DNA of 64,000 nucleotides, taken from assembly GCA_964016885.1 (NCBI GenBank), contig OZ024751.1:22568001-22632000 (forward strand). The letters run 5' to 3'. The translations under genes were made by a program, and so were the position numbers. This DNA is from Eledone cirrhosa. Its lineage: Eukaryota. Below the pieces are notes generated by a model that saw only the letters and a list, made by a program, of their open reading frames with translations, was not told the origin of the DNA and did not search any database. This document shows positions 46,201 to 58,465 of the stretch, in pieces; the first letter of the stretch is position 1; the number at the start of each line of letters is the position of its first letter.

Positions 46201-46696
46201 GTGCTACCGAGGGGCTTTACCCGTTCGAGAAAGGCTCTACAGACACGGGCGCCCGGGTAGGGACCCCGCCAAAAAGATCTGTCCCAGATGCGTGTGCGAC
46301 GAGGAAACCGTTGCACACGCATTAGTACACTGCTCGGGCGTAGCCGATCTGTGGGGCTATGTCGAACAACTGCTGTCAAGGGTGGGACCGATCCGGTTGA
46401 CCACCGAGTCTATTGTAATGATCAAGCCGCCTCCCCCCTTCAAAGATGAAGCAGAGGCGGTGTTTCTGTGCGTAATAGCCATGGCGAAAGAGGTTGTATG
46501 GTGGACGCGTCTGAAAGGACTGAGGTCGGGCACCTTTCTCTCTGGCCAACAACTGGTCCGTTTCTTCCGATATCATTTCGGAAGAAGGATCAGGATGGAG
46601 AGAGAGGTGCTGCACCCCAGCCGTTTCTATGAAAGATGGGTGAAAGTGGCGAGAATGGCCCGTGTGAATGGGCCTTCACTCTACATCAGACTATAG
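43259..46696 (+). CDS. LINE ORF2: APE endonuclease + reverse transcriptase + C-terminal zinc finger
   Basis: EN motifs CLNARGL, ICE, GDWN, SYLDRF, SDHKLV. RT motifs FRPITLLN, LDQSKAFDRVDH, RQGCPLS, YADD, LLGV. CCHC motif CPRC..EETVAHALVHC. First ATG at 43259 in good context (accaacATGG). Confidence 0.96.
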   Translation: MAMLRVGCLNARGLGSTWKQAMLLNDLRSQRIDVMVICEARISNVRQLAPTFDDFEMHASLCQPGGGGGVVVLLQKHLGLATQMVHLDPEGRLVVLDLGSGKGGAFRLVAAYGPFGSMRPDFFHRLETFLGTSRSLLLVGDWNGILDARWDYVGACPDREGCNSLKGLIGRFDLADRYRLDFPTAPTWTWANRSGSSRSYLDRFLVRIKDKDFLSCPKMRIVGYSDHKLVTCMVNLDRTHRQGPGYWKLNLSLPASRAYRNRISTLVKERLTGAIVNSRWWVSLKREIRVVSIEFSKVLAADRNRKERELIDRVEEAIRSGDVARVLASRTALSQFFDAKHEGCVVRSKIRALGNEGTKAVSWARVTEANSGTKSTIRSLRDLDGRAILEPKQMCEAFQRHFARLFGRGGEPVGNVDFGPYLDGLPRLSDREAKSCEEPISAAEIEDVLSQCGKRKSPGLDGLPYELYLAMPDLFPDLLEAVYCNWQQNGRIPCTVTKGVVTLVRKDENKGDEISNFRPITLLNTELQILAKVLAKRLALVVGNLVGDAQTCAIPSRSIHDNLHLMRYIIERVGNEPGFGGALINLDQSKAFDRVDHGYLDAVLAAAGFGAVFRGWITAMHSSRICSRVKVNGYLSEPFKIARSIRQGCPLSSLLYVLTLEPLLRKLELLQGIPLEPGLRKAVSAYADDVTVMVSTASEIEAVGTLLEEYEKFTGAKLNRDKSIGLQLGTWRGRPMPSDSVVGRWTEGPVKLLGVWFGPDLQVEKNWAEVTNRVFALTQKWASCKLSLKGRAEVANTYIASVIYYRLTVVPCPRETLTKMERALFQFLWKRRAPMVRRSICCQHPSKGGLGMPWLMMRKHALRLRHLYVFLTGQPVWASFVRRTFPRLVSLTELQSWVKQRPRKLGAWHTECAQALTALWQADPVISGDSTATFYRGLVRSRCDDALGEALDMEEDELASLFGRTFSPGPMDNFQKSLAWQCYRGALPVRERLYRHGRPGRDPAKKICPRCVCDEETVAHALVHCSGVADLWGYVEQLLSRVGPIRLTTESIVMIKPPPPFKDEAEAVFLCVIAMAKEVVWWTRLKGLRSGTFLSGQQLVRFFRYHFGRRIRMEREVLHPSRFYERWVKVARMARVNGPSLYIRL

Positions 46697-46960
46697 GTGA
46701 GGAAGATGAAAGACCAAGGGAGCACCCCTTCTCTGTGCTCCTGAGGAGAAGGGTTGCACACTTTTTTCGGGGGTGTGTGCGACCCCCCAAGGCGCCTCCT
46801 CTCTATTGAGGATTTTGTTAAAAATGTTATTTTTTGTTATATCTTATTTTATTTTTATATTTTGTTATTGCCTCCTCCTTATTGAGGACGCCTTTTTGTG
46901 TAAACTCCCCCCTTTGTACTTGTCCCACTTTTGATGCCCTGGTGGCAAATAAAAGAAATA

Positions 46961-47032
<72 letters not shown>

Positions 47033-47104
47033 CATCTCTCTCTCTCTCTCTTTATATGGCGTGTGTATTTGTAATATGGTGTCTGTGTGTGTTTTCCTTC
47101 CGTA

Positions 47105-47356
47105 GGTTTTGACGATAGATGTTTCAATTATTCCATCAACGGAATAACTTACTCATGTAATTACCGTGCAAGTGACTGAGCATTCTACCAACACGGCTAC
47201 CCTTAACTTAGTTCTCAGGAAGATACAATGTGGCACGTTGTGTGACAATTATAAGTACAACTCTTTCAAGGTAAGTGGACTGGTTGAACGTGAGATACAA
47301 TCTCTTGCTCAACGTCACAACGCGTTGTCGTAATTCGAACTCACAACCTTAAGATC
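47105..47356 (-). mobile_element. Old tRNA-derived SINE of a second family
   Basis: Minus-strand B-box gagttcgaatt followed by ttgagcaaga; related fragment near 20100-20185. Confidence 0.55.
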
Positions 47357-47912
47357 TTTTCCATTTCTTCTTCTTCTTTTTCTTCTCCGCTCCCACCTTC
47401 GCCCAATTATTCCTGGAAGGGTCCTGGAAGCAGACTCCTCAAGCACGCCTTCCAGCAGGTCCTGTCAAAGTAACCGTCTCCAATTGATCCGGCCGGATCT
47501 CCAATCTAGACCAGCCTATTGTAAGACAAATAACCTAACCATGAAGCAATGCACTTTTTTTTTTATCGTAATTCGACAACAAGGTAACTACCAAAAGATT
47601 TTTTGATTCCGAAACACAAAGGATGGCATTATAAGAACACCACGAGGTAGAATGGGTGATGTAGTGGGTATCGCTGGTTTTTCTCCTGGACAACGCTATT
47701 ACCATCCTGAGCTCACGTCGCAGCTGAGATATACCATCCTGCCAATGGTGTAAAGTTTCCCTCCTCCAATTTTCTTTTTTCTTTTTCGTTTCTTATTCTT
47801 TTTTCCTTTTTTTTTTTTCGCTTTCTTTGTCAAAACTATTATGATGTAAACATTGAGAAATATATACTCTAGCTACCGTTGACAGCTTGACTGAGCAATA
47901 AAGCTGATGTGA

Positions 47913-47976
<64 letters not shown>

Positions 47977-47981
47977 TTATG

Positions 47982-48052
<71 letters not shown>

Positions 48053-48456
48053 TAGTAGCTAATTGATTCAGTGACTAGTGATTGGTTGACTGAGCAGAAG
48101 TAATCGAAAGTTAATACGTGTATGTATTAAATGTGAGAGATCAGATATAGAATATATGAACTACAGCAACCATGTGTTAGATCGATATTGTTAAATCAAA
48201 TTTAGCATAATTGAAATCACCCTGATATTTATTATATTCGATGGACACCACTCTATTTCAAGATAAAGTTGTGGATTTGCCGCAGGGAAAATTGTTGAAA
48301 GTGTTTATATCACAATCTATAGTGTTCTCATACCAGTGTAGCACGTGGTTATCTGACATCTTATAGAATTATCACAGCAGTGTCCCACGTGGTTGTATCA
48401 CAATCTACAGTGTTTCACAGCAATCTTTTCACACCAGTGTACCACGTATTACATAT

Positions 48457-48608
48457 AACTGTTTCTACTTTTGGCACAAGACCAGCAATTACCCCCCAGT
48501 AGATTACAGGTGCGTTATTTTATCGACCCCAGTAAGGATAAAAGGCAAAGTTAACCTCGGCAGGATTTGAACGCAGACCGTAAAGGCCATAACTCTATGC
48601 TGCAAACA
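48457..48608 (-). mobile_element. SINE, 5'-truncated
   Basis: Core and tail match the other copies. Confidence 0.8.
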
Positions 48609-48680
48609 TATGCATGTAACACATATAATTCACACAATACACATATTATACACTACATATAGTACACATTACATATACCA

Positions 48681-48798
<118 letters not shown>

Positions 48799-48926
48799 GG
48801 AAAAGGTAAACAGAAATAACAACACAATCGGTACAGTATATGGAAGGAATATATTAGGTTAACGCTTGAAATAGCAGGAATATGGTCTTAACGTTTCGGA
48901 CGCTAGTCCTTGATCAGAAGAAAGAA

Positions 48927-49016
<90 letters not shown>

Positions 49017-49026
49017 ATATGCTTAA

Positions 49027-49680
49027 ACTTTGGGAGGGTCATGCTGCCAATACAAACACACGCACCTGTTGGTTTTCACTTCTATTTATTATAAATTTCC
49101 GGTTGGTTCGATAACCGGATAGTTGTTTATATATTGTCAAAGGAGAGGCACAAAATAAAAATAAAAAGTCACTGAGAAGATCACAGAATGTGTGATGAAA
49201 GAGCTTTGACAATATATAAACAAACATCCGGTTATCGAACCAGCCAACCAACCGGAAATTTATAATAAATTGAAGTGAAAACCAACAGGTGCAAGTGTTA
49301 TTATTGGCGGTGGATTGGCAGTATCGGTAGAGGGTCGGACGCCATGCTTTCCAGCGTAGTTACGTCCCTTTACGATCTGAGTTCAAATCCCGCCGAGGTT
49401 GACTTTGCCTTTCATCCTTACGGGGTCGATAAAATAAAGTACCAGTAATGTACTGGGTAATTGCTGGCCTTGTGCCTAAAGTAGAAACAATTATTGGCAA
49501 CATCGCCCTCCCAAAGTATAACAATATCTGTTTCAACACACGTTCTCAGATAAGAAATCTTGCAAAACGAATTAAAAAACGAAGTGTGTATATTTTATTA
49601 TTTTTATAAAATTTTCCATCGGAAATAAAACAACGATTGTTGAGAGCTTTCTACAGCTTACTCCTGTTTTTACCAAAATA
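49027..49680 (+). mobile_element. Hammerhead-associated (Penelope pLTR-like) element with inverted arm, interrupted by a SINE
   Basis: Arm 49027-49142 is the reverse complement of 49204-49308 plus 49499-49517. Homologous to about 20212-20415 (-) and about 1338-1600 (+); bounded by TA-rich microsatellite. Confidence 0.7.
49306..49495 (+). mobile_element. tRNA-derived SINE, full length
   Basis: Head, B-box, core and tail; attattggc is duplicated at both flanks. Confidence 0.9.
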
Positions 49681-49710
49681 TATACATATATATATGTATA
49701 TATATATATG

Positions 49711-49741
<31 letters not shown>

Positions 49742-49746
49742 GTATA

Positions 49747-49853
<107 letters not shown>

Positions 49854-49864
49854 GTATATATATG

Positions 49865-49911
<47 letters not shown>

Positions 49912-49912
49912 G

Positions 49913-49943
<31 letters not shown>

Positions 49944-49956
49944 GTATATATATATG

Positions 49957-50079
<123 letters not shown>

Positions 50080-50155
50080 ATATACATACATATATATATA
50101 TATGTATATATATATACACATATATATATATATATATACATACATATATATATAT

Positions 50156-50243
<88 letters not shown>

Positions 50244-50437
50244 GTTATATAATAAGGTGTATTATTGGTTGTGTCATACGGTCCAATAAACTTTTGTTAG
50301 CAATATTAAGTTCTCCACGCTTTTGTATATCTCCATATCTCCAATTCCATTTATGGGAACAGCTAGATGATGTAAAACGGAGTATTTGTATCGAAATAAA
50401 GATCCGAAGACATGGTATAAATTTCCAATGATTTTAA

Positions 50438-50511
50438 TCACGATACATGTTTCAATAAGAGATAGATCGATCGTGCGGCCATGATCGATTATCACTGATT
50501 TCGTCAGGTGA
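50438..50511 (-). ncRNA. Type I hammerhead ribozyme, same family as 13509-13582
   Basis: Minus strand: tcac-CTGACGA-stem II-GAAA-catgt-ATC-gtga. Differences from the other copy fall mainly in loop II, the first stem II pair and the N of NUH. Confidence 0.85.
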
Positions 50512-50585
50512 AAATGAATTATCTTCAAATCCTTGATATGAGGGAGAAAATTTAACGATGTTCACTCACTAGAGTTTTGTCCCCC

Positions 50586-50620
<35 letters not shown>

Positions 50621-50698
50621 CCACCCCACTCTCAAGAGCGTGAAATTAATAAACATTTGTTTGTACTGCCTTTCTGTTTTGTTCCTGTTCAATTTTTC

Positions 50699-50738
<40 letters not shown>

Positions 50739-50764
50739 TATATATACATATATATATATATATA

Positions 50765-50973
50765 CAGAGTGACTACAAAAACACTCCTTGATTCTAAATA
50801 CTTGTAATATCAAAACATAAATGAATATTCTTTAAAATATTGGTGGTTCCAGTTGAATAAACTATCAAAGTTGCATGAGGAGTTGGTTGCTGAAGGCCCC
50901 AATATTGTAAGACTATTCATCTAGGTTTTGATATAAGTATTTGAAATCAAGGAGTGTTTATGTGGTCACCCTC
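50765..50973. mobile_element. MITE, mariner type
   Basis: Imperfect TIRs of about 50 bp (cagagtgactacaaaaacactccttgatt / aatcaaggagtgtttatgtggtcaccctc), TA-flanked. Confidence 0.8.
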
Positions 50974-51741
50974 TATGTAATATATGTAGATGTTATATCA
51001 TATAAACAATACATACGATATACATATAATATAGCACACGTAATACACATAATAGATATATCACATATATTACATATATGGCACATTATATATATACATT
51101 ACACATATATATATATTACACATATCATATATATTACACATATAAATATATATTACACATATCATATATATTACACATATAAATATATATTACACATATC
51201 ATATATATTACAAACAATAGACATAAAATACATATTATATGTCGGACACTTAGGAGGAAGATTTGGGTCTCTCTATGAATGAATCGATTAGAACATTCTA
51301 GTAAGTTATTTCCCTTCCAATTTGCTTGATATCACAACAAAGACCCCCATCTAAGGACGACTAAATTGGATTTTAACTCAAGCCTAGTCAACAGAACAGC
51401 TCTTATAGAAAATAAATGAGATGAGTTACTTTACATTGGAACAAAGAATTCTTCTAATTTACCAACATTCGCCTATCAGATACAGAAACACATACACAGA
51501 AATGTGAAATGATTTACGCTTGCACACACAAATACACACTGATGCGCACACACAGCACCACACACATATGCACATACACACAGGCAGGTACATATATGTG
51601 TATATGTGTGCGTATGTGTATGTGTATATGTGTGCGTATGTGTATGTGTATTTATATATCTAATGTATGTGCATATATTATACATGCATCTATCACTCTC
51701 TCATATATGTGTGTATATACATATGTAGGTGTGTGTGTGTG

Positions 51742-51774
<33 letters not shown>

Positions 51775-51804
51775 GTTTGGGTGTGTGGGTGTGTGGGTGT
51801 GTGG

Positions 51805-51867
<63 letters not shown>

Positions 51868-51986
51868 CATAATCCCCTTAAACCATATTTCATCAATGTC
51901 TAGGCAAATTCTAGCTGACTTCATAAATCTGTTTCCATGTAATCGATATTTTTCCAACATCATCTGTGACGGGTTTTCTTATAATA

Positions 51987-52042
<56 letters not shown>

Positions 52043-52043
<1 letters not shown>

Positions 52044-52563
52044 TGATAGGCAAGGTGATCCACTGGCATCTATTTACCACATTCTGAGAAGTGGTATGAG
52101 CAAAAGCCAGAGTCGGTGATAGAAAACGATCAGGTGAAGGTGCTGTGGTATTTCAGGATACAGACGGACAAGAAATTAGAACTGGTGGTTTTGGACAAGG
52201 AAAACAGATGGTGCCTGATTGTAGATGTACCCTGCCCATTTGACATGAGAGTGCAAGAAAAGGAGAGGGAGATAATTAACCGATACCAGGATTTAAAGTG
52301 GGAGTTAAAAAGGATTTGGGACTGTCATGAGATCAAGGTCGTCCTGATTGTCATAGGCGCACTAGGTACTATCTCAAAGAGTTTCCAAGGATGGTTAAAG
52401 AAGATTAGTCCAACCCCGCTTTTTGGAATACTTCAAAAGGCATGCTTGCTGGGAACAGCAAGAACCCTGCGATACGTCCTGAATGTCTGGGGCTGCAGGT
52501 AGTGGCTTGATATTCATTTCAACAAATTTTCCAGCTAAATAACATCAATGACTGAGACTCAAA

Positions 52564-52564
<1 letters not shown>
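52043..52564 (+). pseudogene. Second, shorter and decayed copy of the same Dong-like element
   Basis: Aligns to about 54064-54614, including the 3' UTR. It has two small deletions, one of which removes HNRPD. Flanked by (AAT)n on both sides. Confidence 0.9.
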
Positions 52565-52643
<79 letters not shown>

Positions 52644-54614
52644 GGAAATCTACCATCACCTCCACACAAACAACTTGTTGCCGGACGAACAGAAAGGATG
52701 CCGAAAGAAGTCACGTGGTACAAAGGACCAGTTGCTTATTGATAAGATGGTAATGGGGAATTGCAGGAGGAGACACACTGATCTTGCCATGGGATGGATA
52801 GACTACAGAAAGGCATTTGACATGGTGCCTCATTCCTGGATCACCAAAAGCCTGGAGATCTTCAGGGTGGCAGATAACATCAGACAGTTGCTGGGCAGGA
52901 GTATGGGGTCCTGGGAGACAGAGTTGACATCAACTGGAGTATCCTTGGGAAGCGTGAAGATCAAGAGAGGTATCTTCCAGGGAGATAGCCTGTCCCCTCT
53001 GTTGTTTGTCCTTGCCCTGATGCCCTTGACCATTATGCTGCGAAAAGTGAGAGCAGGATACAAGTTGGGAAGGGGAGAGCTTACCATCAATCACCTCCTC
53101 TTCATGGACGATCTTAAGCTCTTCGGGAAAAGTGAGAAGGAGTTGGATGTGCTTGTTGACACTGTCCGTATTTTCAGCAGTGATATATGTATGCAGTTTG
53201 GTATTGGTAAATGTGGAGTCATTGTGATGAGGAGGGGTAGGTTGAGCAGAAGTAACGGGATCCAGATACCAACAGGTGAGATGATAAAGGAAATTGACTC
53301 TGAGGAAGGATACAAGTATTTGGGCGTTCTGGAGGCTGATGGCATAAAGAACAAAAAAATGAAGGAATTGTTAAGAACTGAATACATTCGGAGAGTAAGG
53401 AGCGTATTGAAGTCACATCTGAACAGCAGAAATGCCATAAGCGCAGTAAATTCCCGAGCTGTGTCTATTATTAGGTACAGTGCGGGAATTCTGAGATGGA
53501 ATGTTGCTGAACAAAAAGAAATGGATAGGAAGACTAGGAAGCTATTGACTATCTACAACATGTTCCACAAGAGGAGTGATGTCGATAGACTCTACCTAAG
53601 GAGATCTGAGGGTGGAAGAGGTCTTATCAGCATAGAGGACTGTGTTCAGATGGAGAAAAACAACCTATACAAATACGTGACCTATAGTAAGGAGCCAATG
53701 CTCAGAGCTGTACTGAAGGAGGGGACAGTAGGCCAGGGGATACCCAAGGAGGAAATAACATCAAGGAGGAAGAGCAGCCTTAAGGGAAAATCCCTTCATA
53801 GTACCTTCTTTGAGAAAACTGAATTTAGAGATCCACAGACATGGAACTGGTTGAGAAGAGGAGACCTCAAAAAGGCTACAGAAGGAATGCTAATGGCTGC
53901 GCAGGAGCAGCCCCTCAAAACGAAGTGGTTGAAGCACCATATCTACAAGGAGGAGGCTAGCCCACTGTGCAGGATCTGTGGAGAGAGAGAGGAGACTGTG
54001 GCTCACATTGTGTCCGAGTGTAAACACCTAGCCCAGACCCACTATAAGGGCTGGAGACACGATGTGATGGGCAGGGTGATCCACTGGCACCTGTGCAAAG
54101 TAAACAATCTACCACATTCTGAGAAATGGTATGAGCATAGGCCAGAGGCGGTGGTGGAGAACAGTCAGGTGAAGGTGCTGTGGGATTTTAGGATACAGAC
54201 GGACAAAAAACTGGAACACAATAGACCTGACCTGGTGGTTGTGGACAAAGAAAAAAGATCGTGCCTGATTGTGGATGTGGCCTGCCCGTTCGACACGAGA
54301 GTGCAAGAGAAGGAGAGGGAGAAAATTAACCGATACCAGGACCTAAAGTGGGAGGTGAAAAGGATTTGGAACTGCCATGAAGTCAAAGTGATCCCGATTG
54401 TCATAGGCGCACTGGGGACTATCTCCAAAGGTTTCCAGGGATGGTTAAAGAAAATCGGCCCCTTCACGCTTTTTGGAACGCTTCAAAAGGCATGCTTGCT
54501 TGGAACGGCAAGAACCCTCCGATACGTCCTGAATATCTGAGGCTGCAGGTAGTGGCTTGATATTCAATCCAACGGACTTTCCAGTTAACCAACATCAATG
54601 ACTGAGATTCAAGG
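52644..54614 (+). mobile_element. 5'-truncated Dong/R4-clade RLE retrotransposon in a (TAA)n array
   Basis: Starts abruptly mid-RT right after (AAT)n and ends with a 3' UTR of about 75 bp followed by (AAT)n. Dong-type elements are known (TAA)n-targeting retrotransposons. Confidence 0.9.
52675..54540 (+). CDS. Partial RT + CCHC finger + restriction-like (PD-D) endonuclease; N-terminus missing
   Basis: Motifs [73 protein letters not shown]. No stops; the frame is open back to the truncation point, so the start codon is not genuine. Confidence 0.92.
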   Translation: MLPDEQKGCRKKSRGTKDQLLIDKMVMGNCRRRHTDLAMGWIDYRKAFDMVPHSWITKSLEIFRVADNIRQLLGRSMGSWETELTSTGVSLGSVKIKRGIFQGDSLSPLLFVLALMPLTIMLRKVRAGYKLGRGELTINHLLFMDDLKLFGKSEKELDVLVDTVRIFSSDICMQFGIGKCGVIVMRRGRLSRSNGIQIPTGEMIKEIDSEEGYKYLGVLEADGIKNKKMKELLRTEYIRRVRSVLKSHLNSRNAISAVNSRAVSIIRYSAGILRWNVAEQKEMDRKTRKLLTIYNMFHKRSDVDRLYLRRSEGGRGLISIEDCVQMEKNNLYKYVTYSKEPMLRAVLKEGTVGQGIPKEEITSRRKSSLKGKSLHSTFFEKTEFRDPQTWNWLRRGDLKKATEGMLMAAQEQPLKTKWLKHHIYKEEASPLCRICGEREETVAHIVSECKHLAQTHYKGWRHDVMGRVIHWHLCKVNNLPHSEKWYEHRPEAVVENSQVKVLWDFRIQTDKKLEHNRPDLVVVDKEKRSCLIVDVACPFDTRVQEKEREKINRYQDLKWEVKRIWNCHEVKVIPIVIGALGTISKGFQGWLKKIGPFTLFGTLQKACLLGTARTLRYVLNI

Positions 54615-54647
54615 AATAACAATAATAATAATAATAATAGTAATAAT

Positions 54648-55029
54648 AATTGTTTCTTCTTTTGGCACAAGGCCAGCAATTTCAGTAAGGAAGAAATTAT
54701 GTACACCCCATACTTAACTGGTACTTTATTTTATCACCTACAAAGGGTAAAAAAAAACAATGCAGACCTCAGGGGTATTTGAACACAGAAGGTTAAGGGC
54801 CGAGACTCAATATGCACAAACATTTTCTCCGACGCTCTACCAACCCTCCAACCAACTACAACGTAGGAAGAAATGTTTAGAAGTATATCTTCAGAATCTT
54901 TACGGTCTGAATTCAAATCTCGCCGAGGTTAACTTTGCCTTTCATCCTTATGGGGTCGATAAAATAAAGTACCAGTAATACACTGGACTAATTGCTGGCC
55001 TTGTGCCAAAAGTAGAAACAATTATTATT
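54648..55029. mobile_element. Two SINEs head-to-head (54648-54858 minus, 54899-55029 plus)
   Basis: Core motifs in opposite orientation. Confidence 0.78.
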
Positions 55030-57449
55030 ATCTCAATCTACATACACTATGATCCTTGTTAAGTATCTCTATCCATACACAACCACCGCCACCACGACCA
55101 CCACCACCACCGCCACCACGACCACCACCACCACCACCACCACTTCCACCACCATCACTATGACAGCAGCAGTACAACAACACCTGCAGCCTCAAAACCA
55201 GCATGTGCAGCAGAACCAAAATCACCGCCACCACCACCACCAATAACAACAACACCACTACCACCACGTGGAGCAACACTATCACCATCACTACTACCAC
55301 CACCTCACCACCACAACTACTACCACTATCGCCACCACTTACAACATCAACACCACCAATAACAACAACACGTGGAGAATCACCAACGCCACCACTATCC
55401 CCATCACTATTACAACCACCACCAACACTATCACCATCACTACTACCACTACCACCACCACCACAACAACAACAACAACAACCACAAACACCAACACCAC
55501 CACCACCACAGCTACTAGCACTATCGCCACCACTAACAACAACACGTGGAGTATCACCAACACACCACTATCACCATCACTATTACCATCACTATTACAA
55601 CCACCACCAAAACCACAACCACCACCACCACTACCACAACAACAACAACCACCAACACCACCGCAACCACCACCACCACCACCACAACCACCACTACAAC
55701 AACCACAACCCCCAACACCACCGCAACCATCACCCCCAGCACAACCACCACCACCACCACCACCGCCACAACAACAACAACAACCTCCAACACCACCGCA
55801 ACCATCACCACCACCACAACCACAACCATCACCACTACCACAACCACCACCACCATTACCATATTCTCTATAATTCCCCAGTTTCCTTATCCCCTACCCT
55901 CGTTCCTACAAAATTAATAATCCTGTCAATAAGAATTATTCCCATCTCTGTCACGTGGTTTCTACACCTGACGTCACTACTACCAATTATGTCGAACGAA
56001 ATAAGATAAATGTTTTTTATTATATATATATATATATATTTTATTTATTTTTTAAAAAGAAAAAAATGTACTTTTAAAAAAAATATATTTTCTCATTATC
56101 ACGAAAGTTTTGTTACCATGACAACATATTTTATCAACAAATGTGCAACCGCCCCCCGCCCCCCCACCACCACCACCACAACTTGTTCTTGACAACAAGG
56201 GAATCTCCTCATCATGTTATTCCACTTGCTGAAATGAGCAGCTAAATTCCTTGAGATCACATCTACAGACTTACAATAAAAGAAGGGTGTACATAATTCA
56301 CCCTTGCCGTGGCTGGTATTTTTTTTTATCGAACTTGAAAGGATAAAAAGCAAAGTTGACCTCAGTAGGATTTGAACTCGGAACGCAGAGAGCCAGAATG
56401 AATACTGCAAAGCATTTTATCCGACTTTCTAACTACTACGTCAATCCAGCACCAATGGCCATTTAAAACGGAAACGTTACACCAATACGTTTTAGAGTTA
56501 AACGAGAAACAAAAAAAATGCTTCTATTATATTTTAGGATCTATAATTTGAAATTAAAAGTAGTAAACCAATAAGGACACGGTATTATTTAAAGTATATA
56601 TTTATATATATATCGTATTAAATGATAACAGATACAGGGCAAGAATAGATATAGCAGCAATGATATAGCAAACACCATTTTAGATTGAAAACAAACCATA
56701 GAAGACCATATTTTATTTAACTTTACAAAGAAATAATATTTTTCTCGAATGGTTTAATAATTTGTCTCCTCCCCCTCCTCCACTCTTTATAGTTTTCCAA
56801 TTCTAGTCTTTCGATACAATAGCAACACAAAAATATTGTGTAGTTATTTTGGTCCTTTAAAGAATTCAAAGAAAAAAAATGGCGATAGGGGAAGCAAAAT
56901 AATAATAATAATGAGAAGAAGAAGAAGAAAAAGAAGAAGAAAAAGAAAAAAGAAAAAGAAAAAGAAAAAAGAAAAAGAAAAAAAAGAAGAAAAAGAAGAA
57001 GAAGAAGAAGAAGAAGAAGAAGAAGAAGAAGAAGAAGAAGAAGAAGAAGAAGAAGAAGAAGAAGAAGAAGAAGAAGAAGAAGAAGAAGAAGAAGAATTTT
57101 GTTGGGGGGGGGGGGAATACATTATTTTGAGAAAAACCTGTTATTTTTTTTAATGAAAATTAGTTAGGAAAATACAAAATAGGGAAGTGAAACGATAAAA
57201 GAAATCAAGTAAACTAAAATAGAAAAAAATCTTAGAGACGATATAATGTGAAAAGAATCGGAAAATATGGATGTATGAAATTGTGAAGGAATGAATAAAG
57301 GAGAGAAGATATTCACCCCATTTTTTTCTTCTGAGCTAGAATCTAGTGAATTGGGGGAAAACGTACTGTGTTTTAAACTACTTTCTTATATATATGGAAG
57401 TTGCGTTTCGTTAATTTCTACCCGCCGAGATGCGATTCTCGCTAAATTA

Positions 57450-57513
<64 letters not shown>

Positions 57514-57634
57514 GATAGTGAGTACAATCGAGGTTGCCGCTAATGCGTTATCTCTCGAAAGAACAATATATATATGTATATATGTAAGTATGCATATACA
57601 TGCATGCATATATGTACGTATATATGTATGTATG

Positions 57635-57677
<43 letters not shown>

Positions 57678-58132
57678 ACTTGTACGTATGTACGTACTTA
57701 TGTGTGTATGCATATATGTACAAATATATGTATATTTGTATGTATGCACGTATGTATGCACGTATGTACGTATGTATGCACGTATGTACGTATGTATGTA
57801 TGTATGTAGCGTGAAATAAAATGGTGGTAAACTGATTCTAACTTCATGTATAAAATATTAAACGAAATATTACAATATTTGGAAGTGCCTTCTTATATAA
57901 TTGTAGATGTCTTATTGAATAAAGAGATTGGTTAGTTGAAACTTGAGAACTGGAGTACTGAGAAGATCTGAGGACAGCGATAGAATTGTGGGGGGGGGGG
58001 GTGGAAAGGAGAGAAATGAAAAGAGAGGAGAGTGACAAAAGAGAAGCGGGGAGGAGAGAGAGGGAGAGTGATGAAAGATAGGGGGAGAGAAGTGCGAGGG
58101 TGAGAAAGATAGAGAGGGATGTGTGAGAGAAA

Positions 58133-58185
<53 letters not shown>

Positions 58186-58423
58186 GAGAGGAGAAATGTG
58201 AATATATGAAATAGAGAGAGGTGATAAAGTGAGGAAGAGGAGAGGAAAAAGAAAAATAGAAAATAAAATGGAAAATTAAAGAGAGTGAGTAGATCCATAC
58301 TTGTACATACACACGCATACATACGCACATGCACAGACACATACATACAGACACACACGCATACACACAGACCCACACACACACACAGAGGAATGCAATC
58401 GATTCGATACAGAATGTGGGTGA

Positions 58424-58465
<42 letters not shown>

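Larger units (their letters stand above)
41241..46960 (+). mobile_element. Full-length Tx1/L1-clade non-LTR retrotransposon inserted in a (TATC)n array
   Basis: About 210-bp 5' UTR, two uninterrupted ORFs, and a 3' UTR with AATAAA at 46948-46953. (TATC)n in the same orientation directly abuts both ends (41201-41240 and 46961-47034). Confidence 0.93.

Noticed and set aside
43711-46615. Antisense and alternate-frame ORFs within LINE ORF2 and the Dong ORF
   Set aside because: Short shadows of coding sequence with no motifs.
49306-49400. tRNA gene-like A and B boxes
   Set aside because: These are SINE heads joined to core and tail; no cloverleaf.
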